Source: Basidiobolus meristosporus CBS 931.73 (lineage: Eukaryota; Fungi; Basidiobolomycota). From it: DNA of 64,000 nucleotides. The translations under genes were made by a program, and so were the position numbers. Positions 36,428 through 52,269 of this stretch are shown piece by piece. Positions within the stretch are counted from its first letter, which is position 1, and each line of letters starts with the position of its first letter. The DNA lies in contig MCFE01000414.1 of the NCBI GenBank assembly GCA_002104905.1, forward strand, positions 15,484 through 79,483. The letters run 5' to 3'. The notes below the pieces were generated by a model, which was not told the DNA's origin, did not search any database, and saw nothing but the letters and a program-made list of their open reading frames with translations.

Positions 36428-38744
36428 CTATTCTAAATATTGCATCAACTCTGAAATACGCTTTCGTTCAAAGAGAGCAGGATCCTCAGGATTTTCGGAG
36501 TCGCCGTCCCCGAGGTTGGTGAGGTAATCTTGGAGTGTGTCTTTGACGACTTGGAGACTATAGCTCTTACGGCTTAGAAGCATAACGACGCGCTTCTTCA
36601 GCTAAAAGTAAATGCCATGAGTTGGATGAATTGGAATAGATGGAAACATGCTATGCCATAAATGGATAATACTCACAACTTCGTCTTGTTTGCACAGATA
36701 CCCGATGGAAATGGCAGTCATTTGGAGAGTGAATAGGCCAGCATCCAATCTTTTGAGGTAAAATTGGGTTTCATCTTCACTGGTGATTTCTTCCTCTTCG
36801 GCCAAAAGCTCTTGCTTTGAGCGTTCAATCTCCTCATTAGCCAACTTAGCCTTCGCTATGTAGGCTTCAAATAGCTCCACCAATCTATCCACTTTCTCAA
36901 AGTCATTCTCGTTGAATTTGTTGAAGAGGCGAAGTCGATCCACGCCGTCAGGAAGATATCTCAGCAAAGAAACAATAATGCACATTACGTGTTCTTAGAA
37001 AAGGTTAGTGCTTATACTTCGTTGTATGCGTATTCGCTACAAGATACCTTCTTCTTCTTTGTCGGAGAAGTTTTTGTATGCTTTCTTCAGCTTCTTAACT
37101 CCCTGGTAGTATGCTCCTAATTAGTAATCAGGCTGGTCTGTACAGGTGTAGGAAAGGCACTTGCCTTTTTCATGAAGACGGAGAAGAGAGTTTTGAGGCC
37201 CAATATATCAACAAATCGCTTACAATTATTGGCACCGGCGGCTGTGGCAGTGGCGTAGTTCAATACCTTGAGAGCTCTCATTCTGGACATCACCTTTTCC
37301 CTGAGAAAGGATGAAACGGTTACTGAAAATTCTTTTCTATTTTGGTAGGACAAGCTTACTTCAACATAATGAGCATTAGCTCATTTCCTTCACACTCCAA
37401 GAAGATTGGTTTGCTTTCGGGCTCCTGGAGACAGGAACTGAGCGCATCAAATACGTTCTCCATAAATTCTATCTCATCGGCATCCTTTGGGTCTTTGCGT
37501 TTATAGGACTAAAATATGTTCAGTCCGGTGCTGGCAGGTGGAAGCAAACAAACTACACCTACGTTGAGAACCCGGAGCATCTTATCGATTCCATCCAATT
37601 CGTTAGCCTTAAGGCGATTCACTCTGCTGTCTTGGAATAAAATGGCTAAGATTTCACTGCAATATTGCTTGTTAGAGTCCATAGACTTGACATTGATCCG
37701 GTTTAACAGCCAGGAAAGAACCGGCGTAGTAGAAACAATAATCTCGGCGATCTCGGGCTCAATAGATATGAGGTTTTCAACCACAGCTAACGTCTGGAAG
37801 ACACCATTTCTATCCTCATTCAACGATTCGTCTAGGCGGTTTAGGTTTTGAATCAAAATATCTAAACCCTGGTTGTCGACCTGAAGAGAAATTGTTAGCT
37901 GCCGATGCTTTCCGAGCAACGACAAAAATGTGGGACTCACCAAAGCCTGAACAAGCAACTTCATCGATTCCTCTGCTTCCTCATTAGTTCCGTCGTCATC
38001 TTCTTCGGTCAATGCATTAAGTAACTCAACAGCAGATATAGCAATATCTGTATTTTCATGGCTCAGTAATGACAATATAGAGGCAACTGCGTTCAGCTCT
38101 ATCAAGTTTGTATACATCTCGGGCGCTTCACTAATAACCGCGAAATGCTTGATTTCTTCGTCTAGTTCTGCTTCGGAGTCTAAAAATCTGAAAGGAACGA
38201 AGGTAAGCATCAATCATTCTGCACTAAGATCTAGACGATGGAAAAATACTAACTTCTCCGGGCTATCAGGAAATTTCATCCGCATTTCTTGGTTTTTATT
38301 GATAGCTTTTTCTAACTTTAATACCATCTTCTTGACGCCATTAACGTCAAAAGTTTCAGCCTAAACAGAAGTCAGTATACAGCGTTTTATGAAACATGAT
38401 CTAGTATTCTACCTCAAGTTCATCACCCGCGTCAACAAATTCGAAGATGTTACGTTGTTCGTCAGTCAATCCGTCACCAAAAAAGCGACCTTCTGAATCG
38501 CCATCTAGCTCCTCGCTCTCTTGAGGTTCCTGCGCTAAGATTGAGCTCTCACCCTCCTCTTCTTCGCGAAATTTTTTTAGCATTTCGAGGGAAGGAGCAG
38601 CGGGCAATTTCCGCTTGTTTCTACCACTAGGAATGGCAGGTGCCTGAAAAAGTCGACGAGGTAGGAAATTTTAATGATGCATTCTTAGATCGGGTAGTGA
38701 TCAATACCGATGTGGGGTACCTTGAATAAGCTGTTAATATCCAT
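36428..38744 (-). CDS. CTNNBL1: Beta-catenin-like protein 1 (PRP19/CDC5L complex)
   Basis: MDINSLFK|APAIPSGRNKRK; RFFGDGLT; FLDSEAELDEEIK; SLLSHENTDIAI; FVDILGLKTLFSVFMKK; FNENDFEKVDRLVEL; FYLKRLDAGLFTLQ. Stop at 36428-36430. Confidence 0.93.
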
Positions 38745-39222
38745 CTCTGGGAAACTTGAATTGCTAGAACCACAGTGAAGAGTTGAAAGCAGACAGCAGT
38801 GCAAAAGAGGCGCGTAATGGTAGGTGTGCACTTATTTTTCCAAACTAATGTTGATCTCCACACAAATCCAATTTGGAAATGCGTGATCATGGCAAGATCT
38901 GCATAACAGTGCGATTAATTCATCTTGCCAATGTAAAGTTTTGTTCACAAACTACCACTGCAACAAGCCACATACTCTTGGTAGTCCGATCCAGTCAAGC
39001 GAGCCCATACTGGAGAATTTTAATGGTTATTATAAACATACGTAGAAGTTGCGATAAGAATCTATCCGAAGATAACTTGAAATAGACATAGAGATAGACT
39101 AGGTGATATTCACAGGGGCCATAGTGATGGAGTTGCAATTGGAGAGGTTGAGCCAAAAATCGTTACATTGAAGGCAAAATTAAGGAAAACTAGACAGAGA
39201 ATTGCAAGATTACGGCTCCATT

Positions 39223-42200
39223 CTAATACTCACCATGATCGCCTGTCACGTTCAACATCGTTTCCTCCATCGAGTCCAGAGGTGGCGAAATAACTCCATT
39301 TCGGGCAGTCCGCTCAGCACGGGATCGGATCACCTTCCCGTTGTTGGCAGTGACGCTTTGATAAGCCTCCAAATCTCGCTCTAAACGCATGACTTTGATT
39401 TTGAATTGATCGCGGGCCTTCAGTAAGGACAAGTTCTCCTTTTTCAAGACGATGTTCTCTTCTTTGAGCTGAGTGATGTGCTTGATCTTCTGCTTGGAGT
39501 TGTTGTGGCCTAACAACTTGGCATTTTGCCCACTGAGTTTGGCCAATTCATCAAAGGCCATGGAATGCTTCTGTGCAAGGAACTGGGATTGAAGTTGCAT
39601 CTGTTCCTCGATTTCCATGCGGGCGTTTTCCGCAGCGTTTGCTTTACATCTTAATCTGTCCACCTCTAGCATGAGCTTCTCCACCTCCGCTTCGGCATTG
39701 TTGGCGATCTGGGCTAGTCGTTTACGCTCAGATAGCCACGAAGACATATCTTGCTCGATGCGACGGGTCAAACTTTCGATCTCCCTTTCTTTACGAGTGA
39801 GCTCACGTTCTGTTTGTTCCAGTTGCTGTTCTAGTATCTGGGTGGTGGCTTTGACATGGGCTTGGGATTGCTCGTTCATCTGAGCCATCTTGGTTTCCAG
39901 CTCTTGGATACGTCGCGCCTGAGCTTCGCTGGTGGCAAGGATAGCTGCTTTCTCCTTCTCTGCTCCCTCGGTTAACTGTCGGCGCTCTTCCTCAAACTCT
40001 TCACTCATTTTTGCCAACAGAGACATAGCAAGGCTTGCTTCAAGTTGGTCTTTGAGCTGTGTTATCATTGAAACCTGCGCACTGAAGTGTGAGAGGTTCT
40101 GATAGATGTCTCTTTGAATCTGAGCATCGTGGTGTGAGGAATTAAGGTCTTGGCGTAAGAGAGAGAGTTCACTACCAAGAGAACTGACTTCATTTTGTAA
40201 GTGCAGCACTTCCTCAAATCCATCAGCATCAGATTCAGTAGTTCGAAGGGGCATACTCTCGAGCATGTCATTTAGATCGTTGGCTTGTTGGACGTGTGCC
40301 TCTAGCTCCTCTTTTAGTCCATCTATCTCATTTTCTAAAACTTGGATCTGTAGCTCCTGCTCAGTGGCTTTTGCAGCTAATTCTTGGATTCTAGTCGTTT
40401 TCTGTAGCTCCATTTCTGTTCTCTGGGAATATTGGTCCTTGAGATCCAGGAGAAGGAGTTGAATATGTGAATCACGCGCCTCGACCTCGCACTTTGTAGA
40501 AACCTGGGCTTCCACAAGTTCCACACTGGCTTGTTGAAGCTTCGAGTTTAGTTGTGCGATTTCATTCATTGTCGACTCTTTGTAGAGCTGAAACTCCTGT
40601 CTGGCACTATCGATGCAACTTTGAAGAAGAGTCACTGCATTTTCATGGGATTCTTTCCCTCGTACGAGTTTAATGTTAATGGAATCAATAGCTTCGTTCA
40701 ACTGCGCGACTTCGTTTTCCTTAGAGCTATGATGCGCATCACGCTCTCTGGTGACGAGGCTTATCTTGGCATTGATCTCGTCAACTCTGGAGGCGCTGGT
40801 CTCACGCTGCTGCTCAAGCTCACTGTTCACCTGATGCAGCTTGCTCTTCAATCCGCTCAGCTCTTCCGATTTCGATTGGCGATACTGCTCGAACTCCTGG
40901 CTGATTTCTTGGATGCTTGAGCCCAGATTCGCAGCTTGATCAGCGCTGGAAATACGGAATGCCTGGAGGTCATGGTTGGCCTCTAATATCGTATGCTGAA
41001 ACAAGCTGAGTTCTTTTTGGATGGAGACTGTGCTGGCCTGCTTTTCCTCAAGCTTCTCGCAAAGTTCCTCGATGGAGGATTGGAATGTTTCAGATTCTTC
41101 CACATGCTTGTCTTCCGCTTTCTGCAACTCACCCTTGATTGACTGAATCTCTTGATTCTTGGCTTCCATCTGATCATTGAACTCCGCGGCTTTCTGCTCA
41201 ATGATATTCTGGGTAGCAGTCAGCTGGGACTCAAGATCATGGACGGATCCTTCCAGTTCCTTGCGCTGCTCGGCAAATGACTCGGTAGCCTTGGCAAGCT
41301 CTCTGTTCGCGTCATCGATAGTGGTTTGAAGGTCTGATACAGTAGACTGCAGATTGTCAATTTCTCGATCGTGCATGGTCCGTATCGATTCAAGCTTTTG
41401 TGTATGCTCCAAGAAAAGTGCTTCTCTTTCCGAGGCACTCTGTTCTTGGAACTTGGCGTGTGTCTGGGCCCCTTCGTCAACCTTGGCTTCCAACTGGTCA
41501 ATAGTGGCTGCTTGCTGGGTTGTTTTCTTCTCAAAATCATCCAGCTGCTGGCTATGTACTTCCTGAAGATGGGCAATCTCTTCCTGATGTTGATGGGTAA
41601 GTGTGTTTTTCTCTTGTGCCCAGCTTTCTCCGTCTTGACGGCGCCCATCGATCTCCGTCTGCAACTTCTGCTCCAAACTGCTGATGATTTCTGCTTGAGC
41701 AGAACGCTCTTCGCGCATTTGCTGCTGTAGGTTGGCGATTTCCAAGTCAAGCTGCTTTTTTATGGCCTCGAGCTCACTGATACGCTTCTCGAGGGCTTCC
41801 TTCTCTTCCGCCCACGAAAGCCGTTGCTGGGTCAAGTCCGACTCCGTCGATTCAAGCCTTTCAGTCAACGACTTGACTTGCACATCCTTCTGAGACAAAT
41901 CCTGGGCATACTGAGCACTCTGGCTGTCACGTTCAGAAGATAAGCGTTTTAGTGTGACAGTGAGATTCTCGATTTCGTTGAGAAGATCCGATTTCTTCGT
42001 CTCTGCTTGTGACCGAACCTCGATCAGTTTGTCTTCTAAAGACTTCACTTGAACTTCAAACTCGGAGTTCTGTTTGCTTCTGCTGGCGTCCAACTCGTTG
42101 TAAAGCCTTTGCGACTCGGACAAACTTTGATTCAAAGTCTCAATTTGTCCTTCATAGGAAGATCGCCTCACTTCAAACTCCTCCTCCAGGCCAACCTTGT

Positions 42201-43811
42201 CTTGAGCTAGCTGATCCTTTAGCCCTTGTAGCTCTTTATGCGCAAGTTCAAGAGTAGCGAGCCGCTCAGAAAGCTCGGAGGTCTCGTTTGATAACGATTT
42301 CTGCTCGCTCTCCCAGGCAGTTTTTTCTTTGATGAACTCCTCTCGAGTTTTCTCTAGATTTTGCTCGAGACATTGAACTGCATGACCATGCTCCGTCCGG
42401 AGCTTTTCCATTTCATCAGCTCCTCGAAGTATCTCCTGACGACTGGCTTCCAGTTCTTGGCCCAGTTTAGAGACCTCTTCGGTATGCACTCCTTGGAGCT
42501 TAGCCAAGGCCTCCTTCTCCTGGAGTAGTTCCTGCTGGATTGTATCTAGCCGTTGCTGAAGGCCAGCAATTTCCTGGGCGTGTTCGGATTTCAATAGCTC
42601 GATAAGCTTTTGCGTCTCCCGCTTCTCAGTTTCCAAGGCATCGACTAGCTCATTCCGTTGCTGAAGCTCGGCTTTCATTGATTGGAGTTCCTCATTCACT
42701 GCACTCAGCTTCTGTTGAACCTTTTCCAACTCTTTACTGTGCACCTGAGCCAACTGGTCTCTCTGATTTACTAAGGAATCCATCTCTATTTTATTTTGAT
42801 CACACACTTTTGCCATTTCAGCTTGAACCCTTCTCAACTCTGAGCCTTGCTGGTCCAGTTCAGCTTTCATTGAGGCGATAGTGGTCTTCAAGGCGGACTG
42901 TTCCGTGACGATCTTTTCCTTGGATTGCTCGGCTTTGTCGGCGACCCCGCGAAGCTTGACGTTCTGCTTCTCCAGCTCCTCGATTCGCTTCTGAAGTTGG
43001 ATAGTTTTGGGGCCTTTGTCCATCAACGATTGGGCAGATCTTTCGGTTTTTTCAAGCTGCGCGAGCAGATTAGTTGGATGCGTATTAAGGCAACGGCCGG
43101 GGAAGCAGGATCGCACTTACATTTAACTTCAGGTGATTTTTTTGGATGGTCAATTGCTGGATCTCATTCTCCTTGGTTGCCACCTGGCTAGCGATGCTGT
43201 TCTTCTCCTTTACCGCGTGTTGGTATTGTAACTCCAGCTTGCGAGACTTCTCCTCCAGCTGTTCAATTTCCTTCTCGTGCATCAGGCTTTGCTTCTCGTA
43301 CTTCTCCTTCCATCTCTCAACCTATGTTGATGGTGTCCAGTGAATATGGGGCCCCCTAGGACCGATGGTCCGAAATTTGATGACTCACCTCTCTCTTGTA
43401 TTTCATCTCATCGATGGATCTTCCGGGGTGCTGGGATAAAGAGGAGCTCGATCTGGAAGGAGGCTTGCGAGCGCTGTCAGGGGTATAGGAATCGTAGTAT
43501 TCGCCCAGGCCATAGTCCTCTGGTGAAGTTTGGTTTGAAGGGGAGCAAATTAGAGCTGGGGTCGAAAATAAGCCAAAGTTCAGCACCACTCGATTTAGTA
43601 CCTTTCTCTCCTTCACTGAACCGCTTGGACTTGTGTAGGAAGCCGTACTTTTTGTACCTGTCACCAGTGGAGGCGTTTATGTTGTATTCACCGGGGCCTG
43701 GGGTATCGCTAACTGGAGCCCAGAGGTTAGTGGCTGAGATGGCCTGAGCAGCCAACGGCTAGAGGGGCAGGAGTTACCTTTGTCATTAAATCGTTTAGAG
43801 GTCGAGAACAT
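39223..43811 (-). CDS. HMMR: HMMR/RHAMM-like long coiled-coil spindle/microtubule adaptor
   Basis: Spliced N-terminus MFSTSKRFNDK|VSDTPGPGEY..KYGFLHKSKRFSE; about 1300 aa of heptad-rich coiled coil; C-terminal LLGHNNSKQKIKHITQLKEEN, the HMMR_C-type basic zipper motif also seen in KIF15. Confidence 0.75.
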
Positions 43812-45340
43812 GGTTAAAGGGCACGGAGATTATATTCAAGAGGGTATAAGGGTGGGCCGGTTCCGCTTCAGGTGGTGTACTTCTTTGGGTGGGCCTTTGT
43901 TTTCTCAGCTAGCAACACTGAAGTGGTTGGGGATATGAAAGTGGAAGAAACGAGACGACGAGAATAGAAGGGAGTCGGGTGGGGGGGGGGAGAAATAGTG
44001 ATAAGATAGGTATAGAGGAGAGGTGCGCTCTTGGCTACGGAGCTACTTCAAAGGGGATAAAGGGAGATGGGATAAGGTTGTTTGAAGATAAGCAGTGGAA
44101 ATTTTGTCCAATTATACACATTATAATGCTTCTAGCTGGGTAACTCTAAACACTAATCAACATGGTAAGAATGTGGGTTACGATCCAGCAATCCCAGAGC
44201 CAATTGATTCGGAGCCTCGATATGTATGAGAGACGTGGGATACGGGATTGAATTATTGTAGAGGAACTGAACCTATGAAAGCAATCCCATGTCAGGTCCG
44301 ATGGATTCAATGGGGTTTTATGGTTGATCCGGATCACTCCCCCATGCCTGCTAATGTTGCTTGCAGATTCATGGAGTAATGGCGCCTCAGGGCCCGAGGA
44401 CTCCCCCACCTGCATCCGCCCGGAGCACCAGCGAGGTTCGGGAATCAATCAAGACTACTTTGGTGAGCAAGCACACAGATCCTGAGGTTCAGCTCTCCGT
44501 AGCCGCTCCCGACAAGCCGGGACCTGCATTGCCAGGGTTAGCGTCTCCAAGACCACACCCAACACTGCTGTATGGCTGGTGGCATGGTTTAATTACAATG
44601 CATAATCATCTGATGCACGCATTACATTCTGGATGTAGGGAGGGCACCGATTGGTGTGGGTGTAACGTCACATGCATAGTGCATCCATTCCAACCTCGAT
44701 GCGAAGCCAAGGGTGGCTTATCCTAAAAATAAACAAATCATGCTGCTCTGACACCATACGATCCGATGATCCGATCCCACCCGTGGAGTCCCTCACCAAC
44801 CAACCCCTGGGAACGGGTGAAGCCGCGGGGTGCTAGCGTTGAGGCTCAGATGGCAGTCTTCGCTACATGAGTAGACGCATGGGCCATATGGCGCACGCGG
44901 CCGCGGTGTGAAGCTCGCCAACCATAACCTCGGCTCGTTGTCGTGGCTGCTCAGGAGCTGGGTAGGCTTTATTTGTGGATTGCGAAGGGTTGTAGGGGGT
45001 TGGGACATGCCCGAATCCATGGCGTCAGGAGTGGTGGCGGGGTTAGATTGATATGGGTGGAGCGAGGCAGGTTGAGGCATTGGAAATAGAAGGGCACATT
45101 CTGGGGCTACTGCGGGTTTAATGTACAGGTCATTGCGGGAGAAGTGCACCGCCAAAGATGAGAGGATGGAGTGGAACGTGTGAGCAAGCCAGCCATGAAA
45201 GCAGAAGTGGTATGGGGTCGCCGGGATCGAAAGAGGCGAGGGAAAATTAGAGATACAGATCACAAGCATAGGGGTGGCCGATCCGGTGGTAGATGGTGCG
45301 AGGAGATGCTGCGGCTGACTGGCCCCAGACGATGGTCTGC

Positions 45341-47481
<2,141 letters not shown>

Positions 47482-48495
47482 ACCTAGAGTGCTATAATGG
47501 GAACCGAAGGAGGCGTATATACATAGGGTTGTATGCTTTCAATGCTCTGGGTGGAGTGGCTGCGAAGAGGATGGGCTTCACGTTTGGACGCTCACCCAGA
47601 AAATCCCGGAGGGAAAAGAGAGAATCCGAAGCGCGCAGCAGGAAAGTGAAAGTGACCGAGCAAAGGTTCGCCGGGAGTGCTGTAGAATACGTTGCTTCAA
47701 AAAAGAGTCGGAAGAAATGCCAGGACCACCAAGCCACTTGCGAAGAGAATGCGCCGTAAATAAAACGAAAAATCAAGCCCCGTCTAGCGACAGGCGGTTC
47801 AATATACTCGCAAAATTGGTGGCAGCAATCAGTGGAGCCCAGTCGAATGGTTCCAGAATCATCATTAATATATAGAAATGAAGTTTCTTGCACCACTCCT
47901 AATCAATTCAAGATCCACATTAATTGGGATTTCCTTTTGCATCCAACTCCATATATGACCAACTTCTCACAGCATTCTACAATGTGTAATGATGTTGCAC
48001 CAGGCATTCCTACACCAACGTCCATGATCTGGGTAGCCAGCAGCCCATCCATAGAACAGAGGCCCAGCGGCATCACGTAGAGCTGCATTCAGCGGCGGCG
48101 CTGGCGAACTGCCATGCTGCCCATACCTCGAGTGTTGGAGTGCTCCAGTTGCGAAAGAGATGTTTAATATAAAGATATATGCCTATCTACTGTGATACTA
48201 GAAGAGGGCGGGGATTTTGGGGGATTCCAATGGGTTGGAACCACGATCGTGTAATGTGTCAACAATGCTGCACGTACTGCCTGCGAGGGTGCAATGGTTT
48301 GGGGTAATCATAGGGAGAGGAAGTAGATGAGAAACTAAGATCAAGGGGAAACAGCGGACGGGTGCTTTCAAAATGGTAACGGATCAAAACGAGAGGCATA
48401 CGCGACGAGTCATTTCAGGTTGGCGGCAAAGCTGGTCTGCCTGGAGTATAAAACAACGGAGCGGGCGTGAAGGAGGCATGGCGAGGAGGCGCTTC

Positions 48496-49384
48496 CTAAA
48501 TCTGCACCATCAACGCCTGAATGACCCCACCGGCGGATACTTTGGTGTTCTCGATGATGAGTTTGTCCTCGAGGATCTTGCCCAGGTAGATGAATCGGAT
48601 GTTCACCGAACTAGGCTCGATGTTTTCGACCGCACAGACCTTCCTTTTGACGCTGTGCAGGTCTTCCGTAGGGCTGACTCGAAGTCGGACATCCTTACCA
48701 GTATTCAGTCTGACTGTCAACTCCTGGGTGTCGTCGGCCAGAGATTCCTCAGCTGCTTCCGAATCGTGCTCGGTTATGGTGATTACCGGGATTACATAGG
48801 GCTTGGATGCGGTTGAGGCTTCCTCAATGTGTCTGTAGTTTTTGTCTTCGAGCTCGTACTCGGGAGCCGGCATCTCTGCCTCGATGCTCTCGACCACGAC
48901 GTTGGTTGGCTCAACGAAGCAGTACAGCGGGATGATGTATCGATTTCCGCGCTCATCGTAGCAGCCGTCAGACAAGTGTCCGGTGGGAACCGACAGGCGA
49001 AGCTCGTCGACGATGGATTGAGCGTGCACAAGGTCGGTGGTTTCGCAAGCGGTACGCAATCCTTCCCACACCTCACGCTGGCCCTAAAAAATAGCACGGA
49101 TTAATGGGCGTTCGTGTGAAATGAATGCAGTTTTACGAACCTCGTACACAGGCGCAGTATCCCAGAAGCCGTCTCGCTGGGACTGAAGTTGGCTCAATGT
49201 CATCGGGGTTTCAGAAGTCCAGGAGAGGTTTTTCTTCCGGAGCGGCGTGTTTCCTTAAAGATGGAAATAGTCAGCGTGGAATGGCATGGCTGCTACCGAC
49301 GGAATACCAACCGGAGCTTGGTAGGGGCCCATCCGTAACATCGAAAACCTCATTCTCATCAAGTTGAGAGGCACAGCAACCCAT
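48496..49384 (-). CDS. UBTD2: Ubiquitin domain-containing protein (DC-UbP/UBTD1-2 family)
   Basis: MGCC N-terminal acylation motif; QRDGFWDTAPVYE|GQREVWEGLR..GCYDERGNRYIIPLYC; C-terminal ubiquitin-like domain (VRLNTGKDV..RFIYLGKIL). Confidence 0.9.
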
Positions 49385-50760
49385 TGTTTTGCGTCAAGAA
49401 TCAGGAATGTATGCGGGTGTGTAGGATACTCGGAGCAATTGAAGAGGGGGCTGCTAGACTAATACTGCGAAGGGAGGAGCTTGGAGAAATCAAAGAAGCA
49501 GAAAAATTGATGTCTGCGGTGGAGAAAAGGAGCTTCGAGCAACGGGTGGTGGTACGAGAGCAAGGGAAGCAAGAGTGGGATGGTGGAAGCGAATCGATAG
49601 GCGCATAATTATAATGTATTATGCTATAATCATCACCGAGACCGCCTGGCCAATCATCAGCATTGGACCAACACTAGGATTTCCAAAAGGGCGAAAAAGC
49701 AGGATGGTGGTGATTTCAATGGGCATCGTAGTCAACGATTCAGTGGAAGTGGTAGATTTAAGCTCGGTGGAACATTATTAACAAACTAATAAGAACCTAT
49801 TGCTCACCAGTTGAGGGAGTCCTTAATGAAAAAATGAGCGAAACCGTTTAAGTATAGACGGCAGCCAAAATAGGAAACTCCATATGTATGCACTAATAGA
49901 TGACTCTAGCTCCATTGGAAAACAGCCAAATGGGTCAAATGCCCCCCTGATACAGCGGATACCAAAAACACTCGAGTCTCTGCAGTGACACAGGTGGTGC
50001 GTTATTAGAAAATGTTGCACGAATTAGATGCATCAGTGAATACTTCTGTATGGCACGTTTAGTGGGATACTTTTCCGTCACCGTGCTAGAATAGGCTTTG
50101 GCCGTTGTTGGCACAACGCACCTGACTAACGACAACGCCAATCTTGCTACGCTGCAGTGTGTGTGGCTTCTGAAACGCACTGAAACGGCGGATGTGCCCT
50201 GATGTACAATGTGTGCGGCCCTCAACCGGGGCATCTGTGGTGTAGAGGGGCCAGGATCGAGCCACATGGACGGCGGCGACTAGCTTCTCTAGGGGTGAGC
50301 AGGGAATGGACGGCGTGCACTGGTGCTTAGCATCCCTCGAAAGGCCCAGAGACAGACGGCAGTGGGACGGCCGTCGCCTCTGGCTAATCACCGGTTCGGA
50401 TCCGTGTGATCTTTGCCACTGTTGATCGGTGAAACTGAGATTGATGCTCGATTGATGCCACTCCGTTGCATACGCCAATTCCTCTTTATTAATTTGATCT
50501 CAGCACAGTAGGAATCAGTAGGTGGTTGAAAAACAAATGCCGCGAATAGAAATTATTTACATTATTAACAAACAAAACAAGCCGCGCAATCGAACAAGAA
50601 ATCTATAGGCTGGCTTGCCATTGCCGCTCTCAAGCACCAACATCCGCGCCAGGGCTATTAATGAGAGCCACCCAGCGCAAACCCTGATTGTAGAGCCAGC
50701 CTATTTGATCGATTCCACTACCTCCTCGTCATGCGATCACTACTCCATCTGCTGGCAGCC

Positions 50761-52269
50761 CTAAATGATTTTGAACGCCAGGATGGAGAGCCCCAGCGTG
50801 GTCAGAATATCCACCATCTGTGCAACGACGTAGAGAAGTGACAGGGAGGCGAGGAGCTTGGCGTCCCGCTTTAAGGTCAGCAGATTGAGGCCAAGCCCAA
50901 TGCTCACAAAACTGAGCGTCGAGAACCATTCCCCAATGATGAACGCACTGCTATTTGTGGTTGCTCGGAAGTTTGCCGGGATAGCGGTGTTGAAGAAAAT
51001 AGCCGTAGCCAAGAAGCCCAGCACGAATTTGGGAAAGCGTCTCCACAGGATCCACCAGTTGCTTTCCTTCTTTGGAGTCTCCTTGGAGCTGTGGCTGCTG
51101 GCTACTTCAGTGGTGAACTTTTCGGTATCCTCGCAAGCACGCAGAGCCTTGCGCTCCTCCCTATGCGCCCATATCAAGGCGACAGCCACTGCGAGCGGCC
51201 CGATGATGATATTTTGCACCATCTTGACGACGGCCGCAGTATCAACTGCCTCCTTGGACCCGTAGATGGTAGCACTTGCTATAACCGCTCCGGTGCTGTC
51301 CACACATCCGCCGAACCACGCGCCACTGACCTCAGACGAGAATCCAAACGCTCGGGCTATGTACGGCAATGCGATGATACTTGGAATGGTGAAGATTGAA
51401 ATGATGGCGATTGGGAGCTCTGTTTTGGATACAGCGTTGATACTATTCCCTAGCGCAATAGCGGCCGAGCTTCCACAAATAAACGTGGCCCCGGAAGTAA
51501 TGGTTGCGAACTCTAGGTCGATCTTCATGTAGTGGTATCCCAGCCAAGACACTAAAATGAAGCCGATTGGGGTGTCGATCCAGCTAACCAGCAAGGCTTT
51601 GGGCGCCAGTGGACCAAGGATGTGGAAATCAATGCTATGATTAACGAAGTGTTATTTACATGGAGCTACAGTAACCACGGAACGGTCAAAATCTTACCAC
51701 AGGAGCACCAAACTAATCGCAATGTAGAACTCGGTTTGGTGGACAATCTTCAGCCAAGCTGGCATCCCGTTGTTATATCGCTCTTTGGGTAGCAGGTTTC
51801 TCACGATCATCCCGAGCATAATGGCCCAGATGGAATCACTCAGCGACGCGGACTTCACATTCGTTTGTGCGGCAATGATTTTGGATACCATGGCAAGGAA
51901 AAACACCGAAGTGTAGCCAAAAATGAAATAGGACGGAATCGACTTTCCGCAGCTCCACAGAGCTAGCCAAACTAGAAACATACTCAGAGGATAGAACACA
52001 AGCAGCCCGTAGTTGGACTTGTCGGCGAATGACTCGAACGGATTTGATGTCCATGGCTTGAAGTGGGGGATGTCGATTCCCTGGGTTACAAAGATAGCTA
52101 CTAATGCGAACAAAAACAACCCAATCCAACATGGCCACCACTCCTCCGTATTCCACCAGAACCATCCCGAGTTCCTGGACCGCTTTTTGGCAGGCTGAGG
52201 AGTGGGTGCCCCGGCGTTGCTGTGAGAGGAGCTCTGTATGGACTCCTGGCTAGATGATGAGTTGGCCAT
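50761..52269 (-). CDS. YeiH/UPF0324 (putative sulfate exporter, PSE) membrane protein, 2 exons
   Basis: EEWWPCWIG, FICGSSAAIA, GAWFGGCVDSTGAVIA, VVKMVQNIIIG, FPKFVLGF, FVSIGL; multiple TM helices; one GT-AG intron near 51640-51700. Confidence 0.85.

Noticed and set aside
44146-45269. ORFs of 100-160 aa between HMMR and WEE1
   Set aside because: They are low-complexity Pro/Ser-rich or motif-free. One may be an extra WEE1 exon, but none is supportable as a separate gene.
49935-50478. Overlapping 110- and 130-aa minus-strand ORFs downstream of YeiH
   Set aside because: They have non-ATG or weak starts and no recognisable domain or splice pattern.
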